In this document: one piece after another, positions 37,036 to 47,765 of the stretch
How positions within the stretch are numbered: the first letter of the stretch is position 1
How the letters are laid out: each line of letters opens with the position of its first letter
Program-made: the position numbers and the translations under genes
The notes under the pieces: model-generated
Seen by the model: the letters and a program-made list of their open reading frames with translations, nothing else
Told to the model about the DNA's origin: nothing
The model's database searches: none
NCBI GenBank assembly: GCA_040767805.1
Contig: JAXGNU010000005.1
Span: 1 to 64,000 of the forward strand
Length of the DNA stretch: 64,000 nucleotides
DNA from: Thermovirgaceae bacterium
Lineage (GTDB): Bacteria > Synergistota > Synergistia > Synergistales > Thermovirgaceae
Direction: 5' to 3'

Positions 37036-39426
37036 GTGCCCAAGACAACCACGAAAAGACGCGAACAGACCGTTGAACGGATCGCATCGATGAGAAAGAG
37101 GATGATCCTCGAACAGCCCACGGAACTGCTCCCGGAAAGGGCCCTCCTGGTCACCGAGGCCTACGAGGAGCACGCCGCTGAGCCGGCCTTGCTGCAGCGG
37201 GCCTACGCCCTGCAGAAGGTGCTCTCGGAAATGACCCTTTTCATGGATGATGAGGAACTTTTCGTCGGCCATCCTTCGCCGCAACCCCGGTCACCCATCG
37301 TCTGCCCGGAATTCGGCGCCCGCTGGATCCTGGAGGACCTGGATAACTTCGCCACCCGCAGCGCCGACGCCGTGGGGCTCACGGAAGAGAACAAGATCCT
37401 TTTGAGAGACTGCCTGACCAAGTGGGAACGGAGTTCCCTCGATGCCGTCGTCGACCGGCTTATCTCCCAGGAGGTCAAGGACGCCCTCGATGAGGGAATG
37501 ATCACTGTCGGCGGCCGAGGGACGGCCCAGGGCAACATCTCCATAAACTACAGCAAGCTGCTCGCCAGGGGCCTCCGAGGGATCATCGACGAGATCGACG
37601 AAAAACTGCGTACCGATGCGCCCAAGGGTATCGACGGGACGAAGAAACGGACCTTCTGGAAAGCCGCCCGGATCAGCTGCGAAGCCGTGATCGATTTCGC
37701 CCACCGCTACGCGGACCTGGCCGCCCGAAAGGCCGCCGGGACCAACGACACCCGGAGGAAGGAGGAACTCCTCCAGATAAGCGAAATCCTGAGGCGGGTC
37801 CCCGAGTTCCCGGCGACGACCTTCCGGGAGGCTGTCCAATCGGTATGGCTCGTCTACTCGGTGCTTCACATCGAGTCGGACCCCCACGCCATACTCCTGG
37901 GGCGCGTCGACCAGTACCTGTATCCTTTCTACCTGAAAGACAAGGCTGAAGGCCGCATCACCGATGAGGACGTGGTGGAGATCCTGGCCACGCTCTGGAT
38001 AAAGTGCACCGCCATCATCAAGCTCATGGATTCAGTCACCACTCGTACTTTCGCCGGTTTCCCGCTCTTCCAGAACGTGACCATCGGCGGCCAGGGGAGC
38101 CACGGGGAAGACGCCTCCAACGAGCTATCCAGGCTCATCCTCGACGCGGCCCTCGTCGCCCGCGTCACCCAGCCCTCCATCGGTTTCCGCTACCACAACA
38201 AGGTGGACCCGGACCTGCTGCAAAAAGTGGCAGAGACGATCCGGGAGGGACTGGGCTACCCCGCCATCATGAACGACGGGTGCATTATCCCCAAGCACCT
38301 GATCCGGGGGGCCACCCTGGAAGAGGCCCGCAACTACTGCACCAACTGCGTCGAGACCGATATCGAGGGGATGACCGATTCCCGCGCCCATTCGGGCTAT
38401 GTCAACTTCCCCAAGTGCTTCCTGCTGGCGATGAACGACGGCGTCGACCCCGAGTCCGGCCGCCGGGTCGGGCCTGCGACGGGGAAGCTCGAGTCCTTCA
38501 CCTCCTTCGACGAACTTTTCTCGGCCTACAAGGCCCAGGTGGCCCATTTCACTAAGCTCATCGTCGATGCCTACGACCTGGTCGACGGGGCCCACGCTGT
38601 CCACACTCCCGAGCCTTTCATGTCGAGCCTCCTCGATGACTGCATCGAACGGGGAATGAGCCGCCAGGAAGGCGGGGTTCGATACAACTTTTCGGGGATC
38701 TTCGGCGTAGGCCTCGCCTCCGTGGCCGATTCCATGGCGGCGGTGCGCCGGCTGTGCTTCGATGAACGATCGGTGCCCCCTTCGAAAATGCTCGAAGCTC
38801 TGAAAAACAACTTCCAGGGCGAGGAAACCCTCCTCGACGCCTGCGAGAAGGCGCCCAAGTTCGGCAACGATGACGACTACGTCGACCTCATCGCCCGCGA
38901 CGCTGCCCATGTCTTCTGCAGCGAGGTGACCCAGTACCCCTGCATGAGGGGCGGTTTCTACATCCCCGAGCTTCACTCCGTCTCGACCCACGTCTACTTC
39001 GGCGAGGTCACCGGGGCCACTCCCGACGGCCGCCTCAGGGGCATCGCCTTCTCCGACGGCGCCTCCCCCGTGGGTGGCAGGGACCGCAAGGGCCCCACGG
39101 CGGCGGTGCGGTCGATGACCAAGATCGACCACCAGGAAGTCCTCCAGGGGGTCCTTTACAACCAGAAGTTCTCCAGGAGCCTCCTGAGAAAGCCTGGCGA
39201 AGTGGGGGCCTTCACCGATTACATCCGCTCCTACTGCGACCTTGGAGGCCACCACATCCAGTTCAACATGATATCCACCGAGGAATTGCGGAAAGCCCAG
39301 GAGAACCCCTCGGCCTTCCGCGACCTGATAGTACGGGTGGCAGGGTACAGCGCCTATTTCACCGAGCTCAACCGCAACACCCAGGATGAGATCATCGCCC
39401 GTACGGAGTACGAGGAGCTCTCCTAA
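37036..39426 (+). CDS. Glycyl radical enzyme 1 (eliminase-like, substrate unknown)
   Basis: GRVDQYLYPFY, YCTNCVE thiyl loop, ATPDGR, HIQFN, LIVRVAGYS. Confidence 0.92.
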   Translation: MPKTTTKRREQTVERIASMRKRMILEQPTELLPERALLVTEAYEEHAAEPALLQRAYALQKVLSEMTLFMDDEELFVGHPSPQPRSPIVCPEFGARWILEDLDNFATRSADAVGLTEENKILLRDCLTKWERSSLDAVVDRLISQEVKDALDEGMITVGGRGTAQGNISINYSKLLARGLRGIIDEIDEKLRTDAPKGIDGTKKRTFWKAARISCEAVIDFAHRYADLAARKAAGTNDTRRKEELLQISEILRRVPEFPATTFREAVQSVWLVYSVLHIESDPHAILLGRVDQYLYPFYLKDKAEGRITDEDVVEILATLWIKCTAIIKLMDSVTTRTFAGFPLFQNVTIGGQGSHGEDASNELSRLILDAALVARVTQPSIGFRYHNKVDPDLLQKVAETIREGLGYPAIMNDGCIIPKHLIRGATLEEARNYCTNCVETDIEGMTDSRAHSGYVNFPKCFLLAMNDGVDPESGRRVGPATGKLESFTSFDELFSAYKAQVAHFTKLIVDAYDLVDGAHAVHTPEPFMSSLLDDCIERGMSRQEGGVRYNFSGIFGVGLASVADSMAAVRRLCFDERSVPPSKMLEALKNNFQGEETLLDACEKAPKFGNDDDYVDLIARDAAHVFCSEVTQYPCMRGGFYIPELHSVSTHVYFGEVTGATPDGRLRGIAFSDGASPVGGRDRKGPTAAVRSMTKIDHQEVLQGVLYNQKFSRSLLRKPGEVGAFTDYIRSYCDLGGHHIQFNMISTEELRKAQENPSAFRDLIVRVAGYSAYFTELNRNTQDEIIARTEYEELS

Positions 39427-39456
39427 TTTCAAGAAAGGGATCTGGAGGTGTCGATA

Positions 39457-41856
39457 ATGGCTAACAGTTTCAATGCACCCTATGCGGACCGGATAAACAG
39501 GTTAAAGGAGAAGGTGCTGACCACCTACCCCGAGATCGACCTTGAGAACGCGAGGATCCTCACGCAAAGCTTCCGTGAAACCGAGGGGGAGGTCTTTGTC
39601 CTGAGGAAGGCCAAGGCCTTCCGGCGCCAGTGCCAGGAGAAGACCGTGGAGATCTGGGACGATGAACTGATCGTAGGCAACGCCGGCAGCAAGATCCGCG
39701 GCGGTATCCTCTCCGCCGACGTCTGCTGGTCCGTACTCGACAAGGAGTTGGACACGATCAACACCCGTCCCTACGACAAATTCCACCTCCGGCCGGAGGA
39801 CCGGAAGATCTTCGAGGAGGAGATCCGCCCCTATTGGAAAGGACGCTCCAATTACGAGGCGTGGCTGGCCCAGATACCCGAGGACGTGGCCGCCCTAAGG
39901 GACAATGGCGCCCTTTACATCGACAAGAAGGCCGTCCGCGGTTGGGGCGAAGTGACGGCCGGTTACGAGTGGTTCATAAAGAACGGAGTCAACGGGATCG
40001 TCAAGCTCGTGGAGGCCCAGAAGGCGGGCCTGGACGCGACGCGCCCCGGCGACTACGAAAAGGAGGCCTACCTCGACTCGCTTTTAGTAGTGGCCGAAGG
40101 GATGCTGACCCTGGCGGAACGCTATGCCCTCGAGGCCGACCGCCTGGCCTCGGCCGAGAAAGACCCGGCCCGCCAGAGAGAGCTCCGGAAGATCGCCGAG
40201 ATCTGCAGGCACGTCCCGGCCCAGCCGGCCCGCACCTTCCACGAGGCGTTGCAGTCCTTCTACTTCTACCAGATCTTCCTGTTCATGGAGCAGAACGCCG
40301 CCGCCTATAACCCCGGCAGGATGGACCAGTACATGTACCCCTACTACAAGGCCGATCACGACGCGGGTCGCATCACTCCCGAGGAAGCCCAGGAACTGCT
40401 GGATTGCCTTTGGGTCAAGTTCTCCGAACAGTGCCTGTTCCAGGACGGCAAATCGGCCGAGTACTCTTCGGGGTACCCCATGTTCCAGAACCTTTGCGCC
40501 GGCGGTGTGGACCACCAGGGCAGGGACGCCGTCAACGACCTCTCCTACATGATCCTCCAGGCGACGATGGATACCCAGCTCTACCAGCCCTCGCTCTCGG
40601 TGCGGTATAACATGGCCAAGAACCCCGACACCTTTCTTCGCAAGATCGTCGATCTCATTAGCCTGGGGACGGGTTTCCCCGCCTTCCACAACGACGAGGT
40701 CGGCATCAGGATGCTCATGAACAAGGGGGTCCCCCTTCGGGAGGCCCTCGACTGGAACCCCGGGGGATGCGTCGAGACGAACCTGGCCGGTAAGCTCCGG
40801 GCCTATTCAGCCTTGGCTGATATCAACCTCGGGAGCGTGGTGGAGTACGTGCTCCTCGGCGGGAAATGCCGCAAGACGGGCGCCCAGGTGAGCATCGACA
40901 CGGGCGACCCCAGGTCCTTCGCCACCTGGGAGGAATTCGAGGAGGCCCTCAAGGCTCAGCTCCATTACGTCATCCGGGTCGTCGTCAAGGCCAGCCATAT
41001 CATCGACGAGATCTGCATGGACCGCCCCGTGCCGGCCCTGTCCTTCAGCTTCGAGGAATGCATCACCAGCGCCAAGGATTACGCCTGGGGCGGAGCCAAG
41101 TACAACACGGGCAACGGCATCATTTGCATCGGCGTCGCCGACCTGATCAACAGCGCCGCCGCCGTGCGCCACCTCGTATACGAGACGAAGGCCCTCACCA
41201 TGGGCGAGCTCCTCGAGGCCCTGGACCGCGATTTCGAAGGCCGCGAGGAGACCCTCCGGCTCTGCCGGGAGGCGCCGAAGTACGGCAACGACGACCCCCG
41301 CGTCGACGACCTGGCGGCGGATCTTTTCTCCTACATCGCCGACGAGATCGAAAACTACCGCAGCAAGTTCGGCGTCATGACCCCCGGCATCCTCCCCGTC
41401 TCAGGGAATACCCCCTTCGGGAAGGAAGTGGGCGCCCTGCCTTCGGGACGGCGGGCGTGGAAACCCCTCGCCGACGGGGTCAGCCCGAACGGGGGAACGG
41501 ACCTGAACGGCCCCAGCGCCGTCCTCAAGTCCGTCGCCAACATTCCCCACGACCGGTTTGTCCAGGGGACGTTGCTGAACATGAAGATCGATCCTGAAAT
41601 GCTCCACACCGAGAACGGGATCATCCGGTTCATGGCCCTGCTGAAGAGCCTTTACTCCCTGGGGATCTATCACGCCCAGTTCAACGTCGTCGACCAGTCC
41701 AAACTGATCGACGCCCAGAAAAACCCCGATAACTACAAGGGACTCCTTGTCCGCGTCGCCGGTTACACGGCCTTCTTCGTCGAACTTGGCAAGGACGTCC
41801 AGGACGAGATCATAGCCAGGACGGTTCACGGAGAAAAACCCTCCAGGACCTGCTGA
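39457..41856 (+). CDS. Glycyl radical enzyme 2 (eliminase-like, substrate unknown)
   Basis: GRMDQYMYPYY, WNPGGCVE thiyl loop, ALPSGR, HAQFNVV, LLVRVAGYT. Confidence 0.92.
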   Translation: MANSFNAPYADRINRLKEKVLTTYPEIDLENARILTQSFRETEGEVFVLRKAKAFRRQCQEKTVEIWDDELIVGNAGSKIRGGILSADVCWSVLDKELDTINTRPYDKFHLRPEDRKIFEEEIRPYWKGRSNYEAWLAQIPEDVAALRDNGALYIDKKAVRGWGEVTAGYEWFIKNGVNGIVKLVEAQKAGLDATRPGDYEKEAYLDSLLVVAEGMLTLAERYALEADRLASAEKDPARQRELRKIAEICRHVPAQPARTFHEALQSFYFYQIFLFMEQNAAAYNPGRMDQYMYPYYKADHDAGRITPEEAQELLDCLWVKFSEQCLFQDGKSAEYSSGYPMFQNLCAGGVDHQGRDAVNDLSYMILQATMDTQLYQPSLSVRYNMAKNPDTFLRKIVDLISLGTGFPAFHNDEVGIRMLMNKGVPLREALDWNPGGCVETNLAGKLRAYSALADINLGSVVEYVLLGGKCRKTGAQVSIDTGDPRSFATWEEFEEALKAQLHYVIRVVVKASHIIDEICMDRPVPALSFSFEECITSAKDYAWGGAKYNTGNGIICIGVADLINSAAAVRHLVYETKALTMGELLEALDRDFEGREETLRLCREAPKYGNDDPRVDDLAADLFSYIADEIENYRSKFGVMTPGILPVSGNTPFGKEVGALPSGRRAWKPLADGVSPNGGTDLNGPSAVLKSVANIPHDRFVQGTLLNMKIDPEMLHTENGIIRFMALLKSLYSLGIYHAQFNVVDQSKLIDAQKNPDNYKGLLVRVAGYTAFFVELGKDVQDEIIARTVHGEKPSRTC

Positions 41857-41939
41857 CCTTGCAATCCCGGGGCGGCGGAGCTCCCGCTTCGCCGCCCCGG
41901 TCACTTCCGATCCAAGGATCGAATCAGGGGAGTCATGCC

Positions 41940-42908
41940 ATGAATAACCTTACAAAAGGGACCGACGGAGAACGGGTCGGCAGAGTGCTGCGGATCGAGA
42001 GGTCCTCCATCCATGATGGGACGGGGCTGAGAACGGTCGTTTTTTTAAAGGGCTGCCCCCTGCGCTGTCTCTGGTGTTCCACTCCTGAGTCTCAAAACCC
42101 TCTGCCCGAGAAAGGTTACGCCAAGGAACGCTGCACGTTGTGCGGCCTCTGCATTGAAAACTGTCCCCAGGGGGCCCTGAGCCTCGATGAGGCGGGAGAG
42201 AGGATCGTCACCGACCGGGATAAGTGCGTCAATTGTTTCGAGTGCGTCAGGGTCTGTCCCTCCGGTGCGATGAAAAGCTACGGTGGCTTCATGACCGTCA
42301 ACGAGGTTGTGGAGGAGGTCGTAAAGGACGCCGTCTTCTACTTCCATTCCGGCGGAGGCGTCACCATCAGCGGCGGGGAACCCTTGGACCAGCCTGATTT
42401 CGTCCAGGCCCTCCTGCGGGAATGCCAAAAGCATGGTATCCACCGCGCCCTGGAAACGAGCTTTTTCGCCCCCTGGGAGACGATCGAGCCCCTGCTCCCC
42501 TTGGTGAACCTGCTTTTCGTGGATATGAAGCACTCCATGCCCGAAGAACACCGGCGCCTTACCGGTGTCGACAACAACCTGATCGCTGAAAACATCCTCA
42601 AGGCCGATGCCTCGGAGTATCCCTTTGACCTCGTCATCCGCACCCCCCTGGTCCCGGGGCTAAACGATTCGGATGAGGCCCTCGCAAAAGCGGCGCATTT
42701 TCTCAAAGGCTTGAGAAAGCTGAAAGAGGTCGAATTTTTAGCCTATCACCGTCTTGGCACCGATACCTACGCTCACCTGGGGATTCCTTATCCCCTGAGC
42801 GAGATAAAAAGTCCGAACAAGGATTTCATGCTATCCAAGGCAAGGTTTTTCATGTCAGAGGCCAAGGGAATCCCCGTCGCGATCAACGGAGTCCCCGTAA
42901 ACCCCTAA
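41940..42908 (+). CDS. Glycyl radical enzyme activase 2 (with 2x[4Fe-4S] ferredoxin insert)
   Basis: HDGTGLRTVVFLKGCPLRCLWC, CTLCGLCIENCP, CVNCFECVRVCP, GGVTISGGEP. Confidence 0.92.
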   Translation: MNNLTKGTDGERVGRVLRIERSSIHDGTGLRTVVFLKGCPLRCLWCSTPESQNPLPEKGYAKERCTLCGLCIENCPQGALSLDEAGERIVTDRDKCVNCFECVRVCPSGAMKSYGGFMTVNEVVEEVVKDAVFYFHSGGGVTISGGEPLDQPDFVQALLRECQKHGIHRALETSFFAPWETIEPLLPLVNLLFVDMKHSMPEEHRRLTGVDNNLIAENILKADASEYPFDLVIRTPLVPGLNDSDEALAKAAHFLKGLRKLKEVEFLAYHRLGTDTYAHLGIPYPLSEIKSPNKDFMLSKARFFMSEAKGIPVAINGVPVNP

Positions 42909-42948
42909 CAATTTGAACACATACCTTAGCTTTTGGGGAGGACCCGCC

Positions 42949-43890
42949 ATGGAGAGAAAAGATTTTGCCCTGGCCTTCTTGGTCGTGACCATATGGGGCG
43001 GCAACTTGATCGTGATCAAATTGGGTCTCAACGACGTACCGCCCATGCTTCTCGCCGCCCTGCGCTACATCTTCACGGCTCTGCCGGCCATAGCTTTCAT
43101 AAAACCGCCCCGGCTGGAGTGGCGTTATACAATCGCCTACGGCATGACCATCGGTTTCGGGCAGTTCTCCTGCCTCTTCTACGCCATGTACATCGGCATG
43201 CCCGCGGGGCTCTCCTCGATCCTTCTCCAGACCCAGGCCTTTTTCACTATCTTCTTCGCCGCTTTCCTCTTCGGGGAAAAACTCGAGGCCCGACAGATGA
43301 TAGGCCTCGCGACGGCCCTAATGGGCCTTTTCCTGATCGGCGGCATCAAGAGTCCCGCCGGCATACCTCCCGTCTCTTTCACGGCCTTCGCCCTGACCAT
43401 GGCCGCCGCGGCTTTTTGGGGACTATCCAATATAGTCGTACGGTTGGCCGCCAAGCATACGGCATCCCGCGGGGAAAAACTGAACACCCTGAGCCTCGTG
43501 GCATGGTCCAGCCTTGTACCGCCCCTGCCACTCCTCGGCCTGGCCGTGCTGATGGACACCCCCCGGGAGCTGATCGGCGCGGTGACGCATATGAACCGCG
43601 TCTCCCTCTTCGCCATCCTTTACCTGGCCTACCTGGGGACCATTTTCGGGTCTTCCCGGTGGAGCGGCCTGCTGGCGAAGTATCCCGTGGGGAAGGTTGC
43701 CCCCTTTTCCCTGCTCACGCCGCTGACCAGCCTCGTCATGGCCAGGCTCATCCTCGGGGAGGAACTATCCCTGCACCAGTACCTCGGCAGCATGGTGGTC
43801 CTCCTCGGTTTGTGCATCGTTAACTTCAACGGACGCTTCAAAAAAGATGATCTAGGTCAGCCTGATCAAGGGAAACCGCCTTCGACTTAA
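42949..43890 (+). CDS. EamA/DMT-family transporter
   Basis: WGGNLIVIKLG, PPMLLAALR, GMPAGLSS, VAPFSLL; about 10 TM helices. Confidence 0.9.
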   Translation: MERKDFALAFLVVTIWGGNLIVIKLGLNDVPPMLLAALRYIFTALPAIAFIKPPRLEWRYTIAYGMTIGFGQFSCLFYAMYIGMPAGLSSILLQTQAFFTIFFAAFLFGEKLEARQMIGLATALMGLFLIGGIKSPAGIPPVSFTAFALTMAAAAFWGLSNIVVRLAAKHTASRGEKLNTLSLVAWSSLVPPLPLLGLAVLMDTPRELIGAVTHMNRVSLFAILYLAYLGTIFGSSRWSGLLAKYPVGKVAPFSLLTPLTSLVMARLILGEELSLHQYLGSMVVLLGLCIVNFNGRFKKDDLGQPDQGKPPST

Positions 43891-44032
43891 GCAAACCCCG
43901 GGCAAGACTTACGCAGCTTCACTCAGGAAACACACAAACAAGCGCTCCCTAATCGGATCAACCGCGGAGTCTAACAGGAAAAGATCGCCCGGGGACCGAG
44001 GTCCCCGGGCGAAGTTTTACCGGGATCGCCCC

Positions 44033-44699
44033 CTAGCGCAGTCCCAGGACGTTGCTCGGTAGCCACAGGGTGAGCTGGGGGAAGAAGATGACCAACAGGA
44101 CCACGGCGGCCTGGATCAGGATGAAGGGCCAAACCGATCGGTAAAGATCCATCGTCGTGATCTCCGGCGGGGCCACCCCCTTCAGGTAAAAGAGGCAGTA
44201 ACCGAAGGGGGGCGACAGGTAGCCGATCTGCATGTTGATCATGAAAAGGACGCCGAACCAGACGGGATCGAACCCGTAGCTGGCCAGGATCGGCGCGTAG
44301 ATGGGCAGGGTCAGGCACATCATCGTTATCTCTTCCGTGACGCACCCCATGATGATGTAGGTCATCTGCATGATCATGACCATGACCAGGGGAGTGACGT
44401 TGAGGTTCAGGAAAAACTGGCGGATCAGGTCGGCCGCCCCCACGGTGACGAACATGGTGGCGAAGAGCTTGGCGCCGACTATGATCCACATGACCATGTT
44501 GCAGATCCGGAAGGTCCTGTCGCAGGACTCCCACAACAGGGCAAAGGTCAGCTTTCTCTTGGCGGCCACGCAGAGAAGGGCCACGCCGGCGCCGATGGCG
44601 GCTGCCGCCGAGGGTGAAGGCCATGGGGAAGCCGAGAAAGAGTCCGCCGAAAAGAAGCCCCAGAAGCATGATGAGGTAAGTGGACGCAGTCAGCTCCAT
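44033..44699 (-). pseudogene. TRAP large permease (DctM) with large out-of-frame internal deletion
   Basis: N-terminus (..LGFPMAFTLGG) joined out of frame near 44605 to the C-terminal half (AAAIGA...DPVWFGVL...LSPPFG...LWLP). Confidence 0.85.
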
Positions 44700-44701
44700 G
44701 A

Positions 44702-45200
44702 TCACACCTTCTTCTCGAAAAGGCCGTAGAGAGTTTCGACGAACTGGGCGATCCCCTGGAGGATCATCAGCATCGAAGCGGCAGGGATGAAGAGCTTCAC
44801 GGGGTAAACGGGCGGACGGAGGAAGGAGACCGTTGTCTCACTGTACAGGACCGACATGTAGGCCATCTTGCAGCCGTGATAGAAGATCACGCCCATCAAC
44901 AGGAAGAAAAAGGGGTAGGTGATCAGATCAACGACGGCCATGGCCCGTTCGGAGAAAAGGGCGTAAAGGACGTCCGATTTGATGTGTTCCCGATGCAGCA
45001 GTACGTACCCACCGCCTATGATGGCATAGGCGCCGAAAATGTGGCCCGAAATCTCGTGGGCCCAGATCGTGGGCGCGTTAAACACGTACCTTGAAACAAC
45101 CTCGTAGCACAAGATGCCTATCAAGGGCAAGATCAGAAAGCATAAGGTCTTACCAAAAAAAGGTGTTCAGTTTCCCGATAAACCGGATGAAGTACCTCAT
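44702..45200 (-). pseudogene. TRAP small permease (DctQ), +1 frameshift in a homopolymer
   Basis: Removing one base from the A7 run at 45155-45161 joins MRYFIRFIGKLNTFF to GKTLCFLILPLIGILCYEVVSRYVFNAPTIWAHE. Confidence 0.8.
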
Positions 45201-45809
45201 CGACAACCCCCCCATGCTATCGCAAAGCGATAGGCACCCTTGAGGCGAATGTAAAAGGTATCCAAAATCCGCGCTCTGGAACAACCTAAAAAAACACGCA
45301 ATACCGAAAGTATAGGACCCGAAGCCCGCCCTGGTTTCCAGACCCTGAAAAGCAAGAGCAGGGCATTTGTTCAAAAGGATTGAGGCTATGAAGAAACCTG
45401 GCAGTGGTCCGGCCTTTGAGATACTCCTCCGGCGCCGCCTGGAAACCGTCGAAGCATAAAAAGGCGTCACTATCGTCCTGTTGAAGATCGTGATACCGCT
45501 CTTGGTTCATCCGAATGCACCGCACCCGGTGATTACCCCAAGCTGGCGGGGAACAGAGTAAACCTGCAAGGTCCCCCAGGGCGTTTGGCTCCTTCCCCGG
45601 TAAGAGGGGAACCTTGCAGGCCTATTACGGTTGAAAAAAACCTTCCGCCCGTGCCTGAGCCGATCATGATAGGCACCGGCGGGATCCCTAACGAGAATCG
45701 CCGGGGATCACGTAACAGTCACTTCAAGGAGGGACTTCGGCTTCCTTATCGGCTGAACCCGATCAGGCCTCCGTTACCTCGGCCGGGCCGATCCGGCCCG
45801 GCGACCAGG

Positions 45810-46898
45810 TTATTGTTCCATCAAAGCTTTTGCCAGTTCAGGCCTGTATTCCTGGAGGTAGGCCTTAAGCACTTCGATGGCTTCCTTGCTGGCGGCGTCC
45901 TTGCCGAAATCGGGCAGGAAGGAAGCCACCGTGGCGTTCCACTTCAGGGCATCCTCTTCGGACCAGTCCACGATGGTAACGCCCAGATCCTTGGCCTGGC
46001 CCCAGGCTTTGCCGTTGTCGGCCGATCCCTGGAACTCGGCGAAGGCGTTGCCCGCCGCAAGGGCGGACTCGACGACGGCCTTGAGATCGTCGGGAAGCTC
46101 TCTCCAGACTTTGCCGTTGACGATGAAGTAGTCAACATTGACCGGGCCCATCAGGGGCGTCCGGAGCCAGTACTTGGCGACCTCGTGGAAGCCCATGGCG
46201 ATGCTGTCGGCGGGACCGCAATAGGTACAGGCATCGATGACTCCCGATGAGAGGTTCGTGTAGATTTCCTCCCCGGGCGACCAGGTGACGGAGGCCCCGA
46301 GAGCACCGAGGGCGTTGGCCACGGGGACGTCGCCGCTGCGAAACTTCATGCCCTTGATCTTATCGATGCTGTCGATGGGCACCTTGGAGTTCATGATCAT
46401 CTGGAGCACGTAGTAGGCGGGGCCGACCACGTGGACATCGCCGTATTTGGCCAGTTCTTCCCGAAGGAGGGCCAGGATCCGTCCGTCGTTCTGCTTCTCT
46501 ACATACTGGTGGAGTTCCCAGGTGTTGTTAAGCAGGAAGAGGGGGTTGGCGACCAAGCTCAAGAGGGGTATCTTCCCCGAATAGTAGTCGGTATAGATAA
46601 TCATTGCCGGGGTTGCCCCGGTGTCCACGGCATCCAGCTGTTCAGCGACGGGGCAGACCATCCCCAGCGCGGTAGGCGTAACCTTGATGCGGCCGTTCGA
46701 AGCGCGGGTGATGAGGTCCGAGACGTAAACCAGCCGGTCCTATACGACGCCGCTGGGCTGCCAGGTTGAAGGATACCACTGCCAGGTTTTTTCCTTGGTC
46801 TCGGCCGCGATGGCCCCAGTCTGGAAACAGGAGGCAACGAGGGCGAAAGCCAAGAGTACAAATATCCCAACTTTCAGTGCCTTACTTTTCTTTCTCAT
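45810..46898 (-). pseudogene. TRAP substrate-binding protein (DctP) with in-frame amber stop
   Basis: ATG at 46898, signal peptide, TAG at 46740-46742, then same-frame SNGRIKV...KGMKFR...EIYTNLSSGVID. Confidence 0.8.
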
Positions 46899-47027
46899 TA
46901 CAAAGAGCACCACTGCAATTCACCGGCATTTTCCCCACAGGTGATGTTAATCCGATCCGATGGCACCCCTCTGCTCCGGCTGAATTTTGCCTTATTCCCT
47001 GATTTTAGCGTTGGGGAAAGAGCTTGA

Positions 47028-47765
47028 TCAGTCCATCAACATTCCGCCGTTTATGTTTAGGACCTCTCCCGTAATATAAACGGCCTTCTCGGAAAGGAGG
47101 AAAGAGACGGCATCGGCTATTTCTTCGGGTTTGGCCAAACGCCCGATGGGGATCTTCTTGATCGCTTCTTTCCAGCGGTCGCTTTTAAGGATATTGGGCG
47201 TCTCCACCCATCCCGGCGCGACGGCGTTCACATTGATATGGAATTCCGCCATTTCCGCCGCCAGGGACCGGGTCAAACTGATCACCCCGGCCTTGGCCGC
47301 CGAGTAGGCGGCGTTCCCTGGTCCGGGCGTCTTCCCGTCGATGGAAGCCATGTTGACAATCTTCCCCGACCGGTGGGCCATCATATCGACGAGGCACTCC
47401 TGGCTGCACCATAAGAAAGATTTCAGGCATACGTTCATGACCAAGTCCCAATCCTGGTCTTTTATTTCCATGAAGGGTCCGCTGGGGTAAATACCCACGT
47501 TGTTGATAAGGGCGTTGATGGGTCCAAAGGTGGATCGTGCTTTAAGGATGGCGCCTCGGGCAGCATCCCGGGTCGAAAGATCACAGGCGATACCTTGGGC
47601 AGTCCCCCCATTCAGGGCAACTTCATTCGCCACAGCTAGGGCATGCTCTACGGAAAAGCTGACAATGCTGACGGTCCACCCTTCACTTGCCAGCGTCCTA
47701 GCTATAGCCCTGCCTATACCGCTTCCTCCCCCGGTGACAACAGCGTGGCCTTTTTTCGGTGTCAA
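47028..47765 (-). CDS. Classical SDR oxidoreductase (FabG-like)
   Basis: TGGGSGIG, NNVG, YSAAK, NAVAPG. Confidence 0.9.
   Translation of the reverse strand: MTPKKGHAVVTGGGSGIGRAIARTLASEGWTVSIVSFSVEHALAVANEVALNGGTAQGIACDLSTRDAARGAILKARSTFGPINALINNVGIYPSGPFMEIKDQDWDLVMNVCLKSFLWCSQECLVDMMAHRSGKIVNMASIDGKTPGPGNAAYSAAKAGVISLTRSLAAEMAEFHINVNAVAPGWVETPNILKSDRWKEAIKKIPIGRLAKPEEIADAVSFLLSEKAVYITGEVLNINGGMLMD

Noticed and set aside
37036..41856. Annotating the GREs as pyruvate formate-lyase or CutC
   Set aside because: Neither has the adjacent Cys-Cys of PFL; the loops differ from the CutC GCVEP context and there are no microcompartment genes.
46740..46742. Pyrrolysine read-through of the amber codon in dctP
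   Set aside because: It is a single change from TGG, both partner genes are also broken, and no pyl genes are in view.
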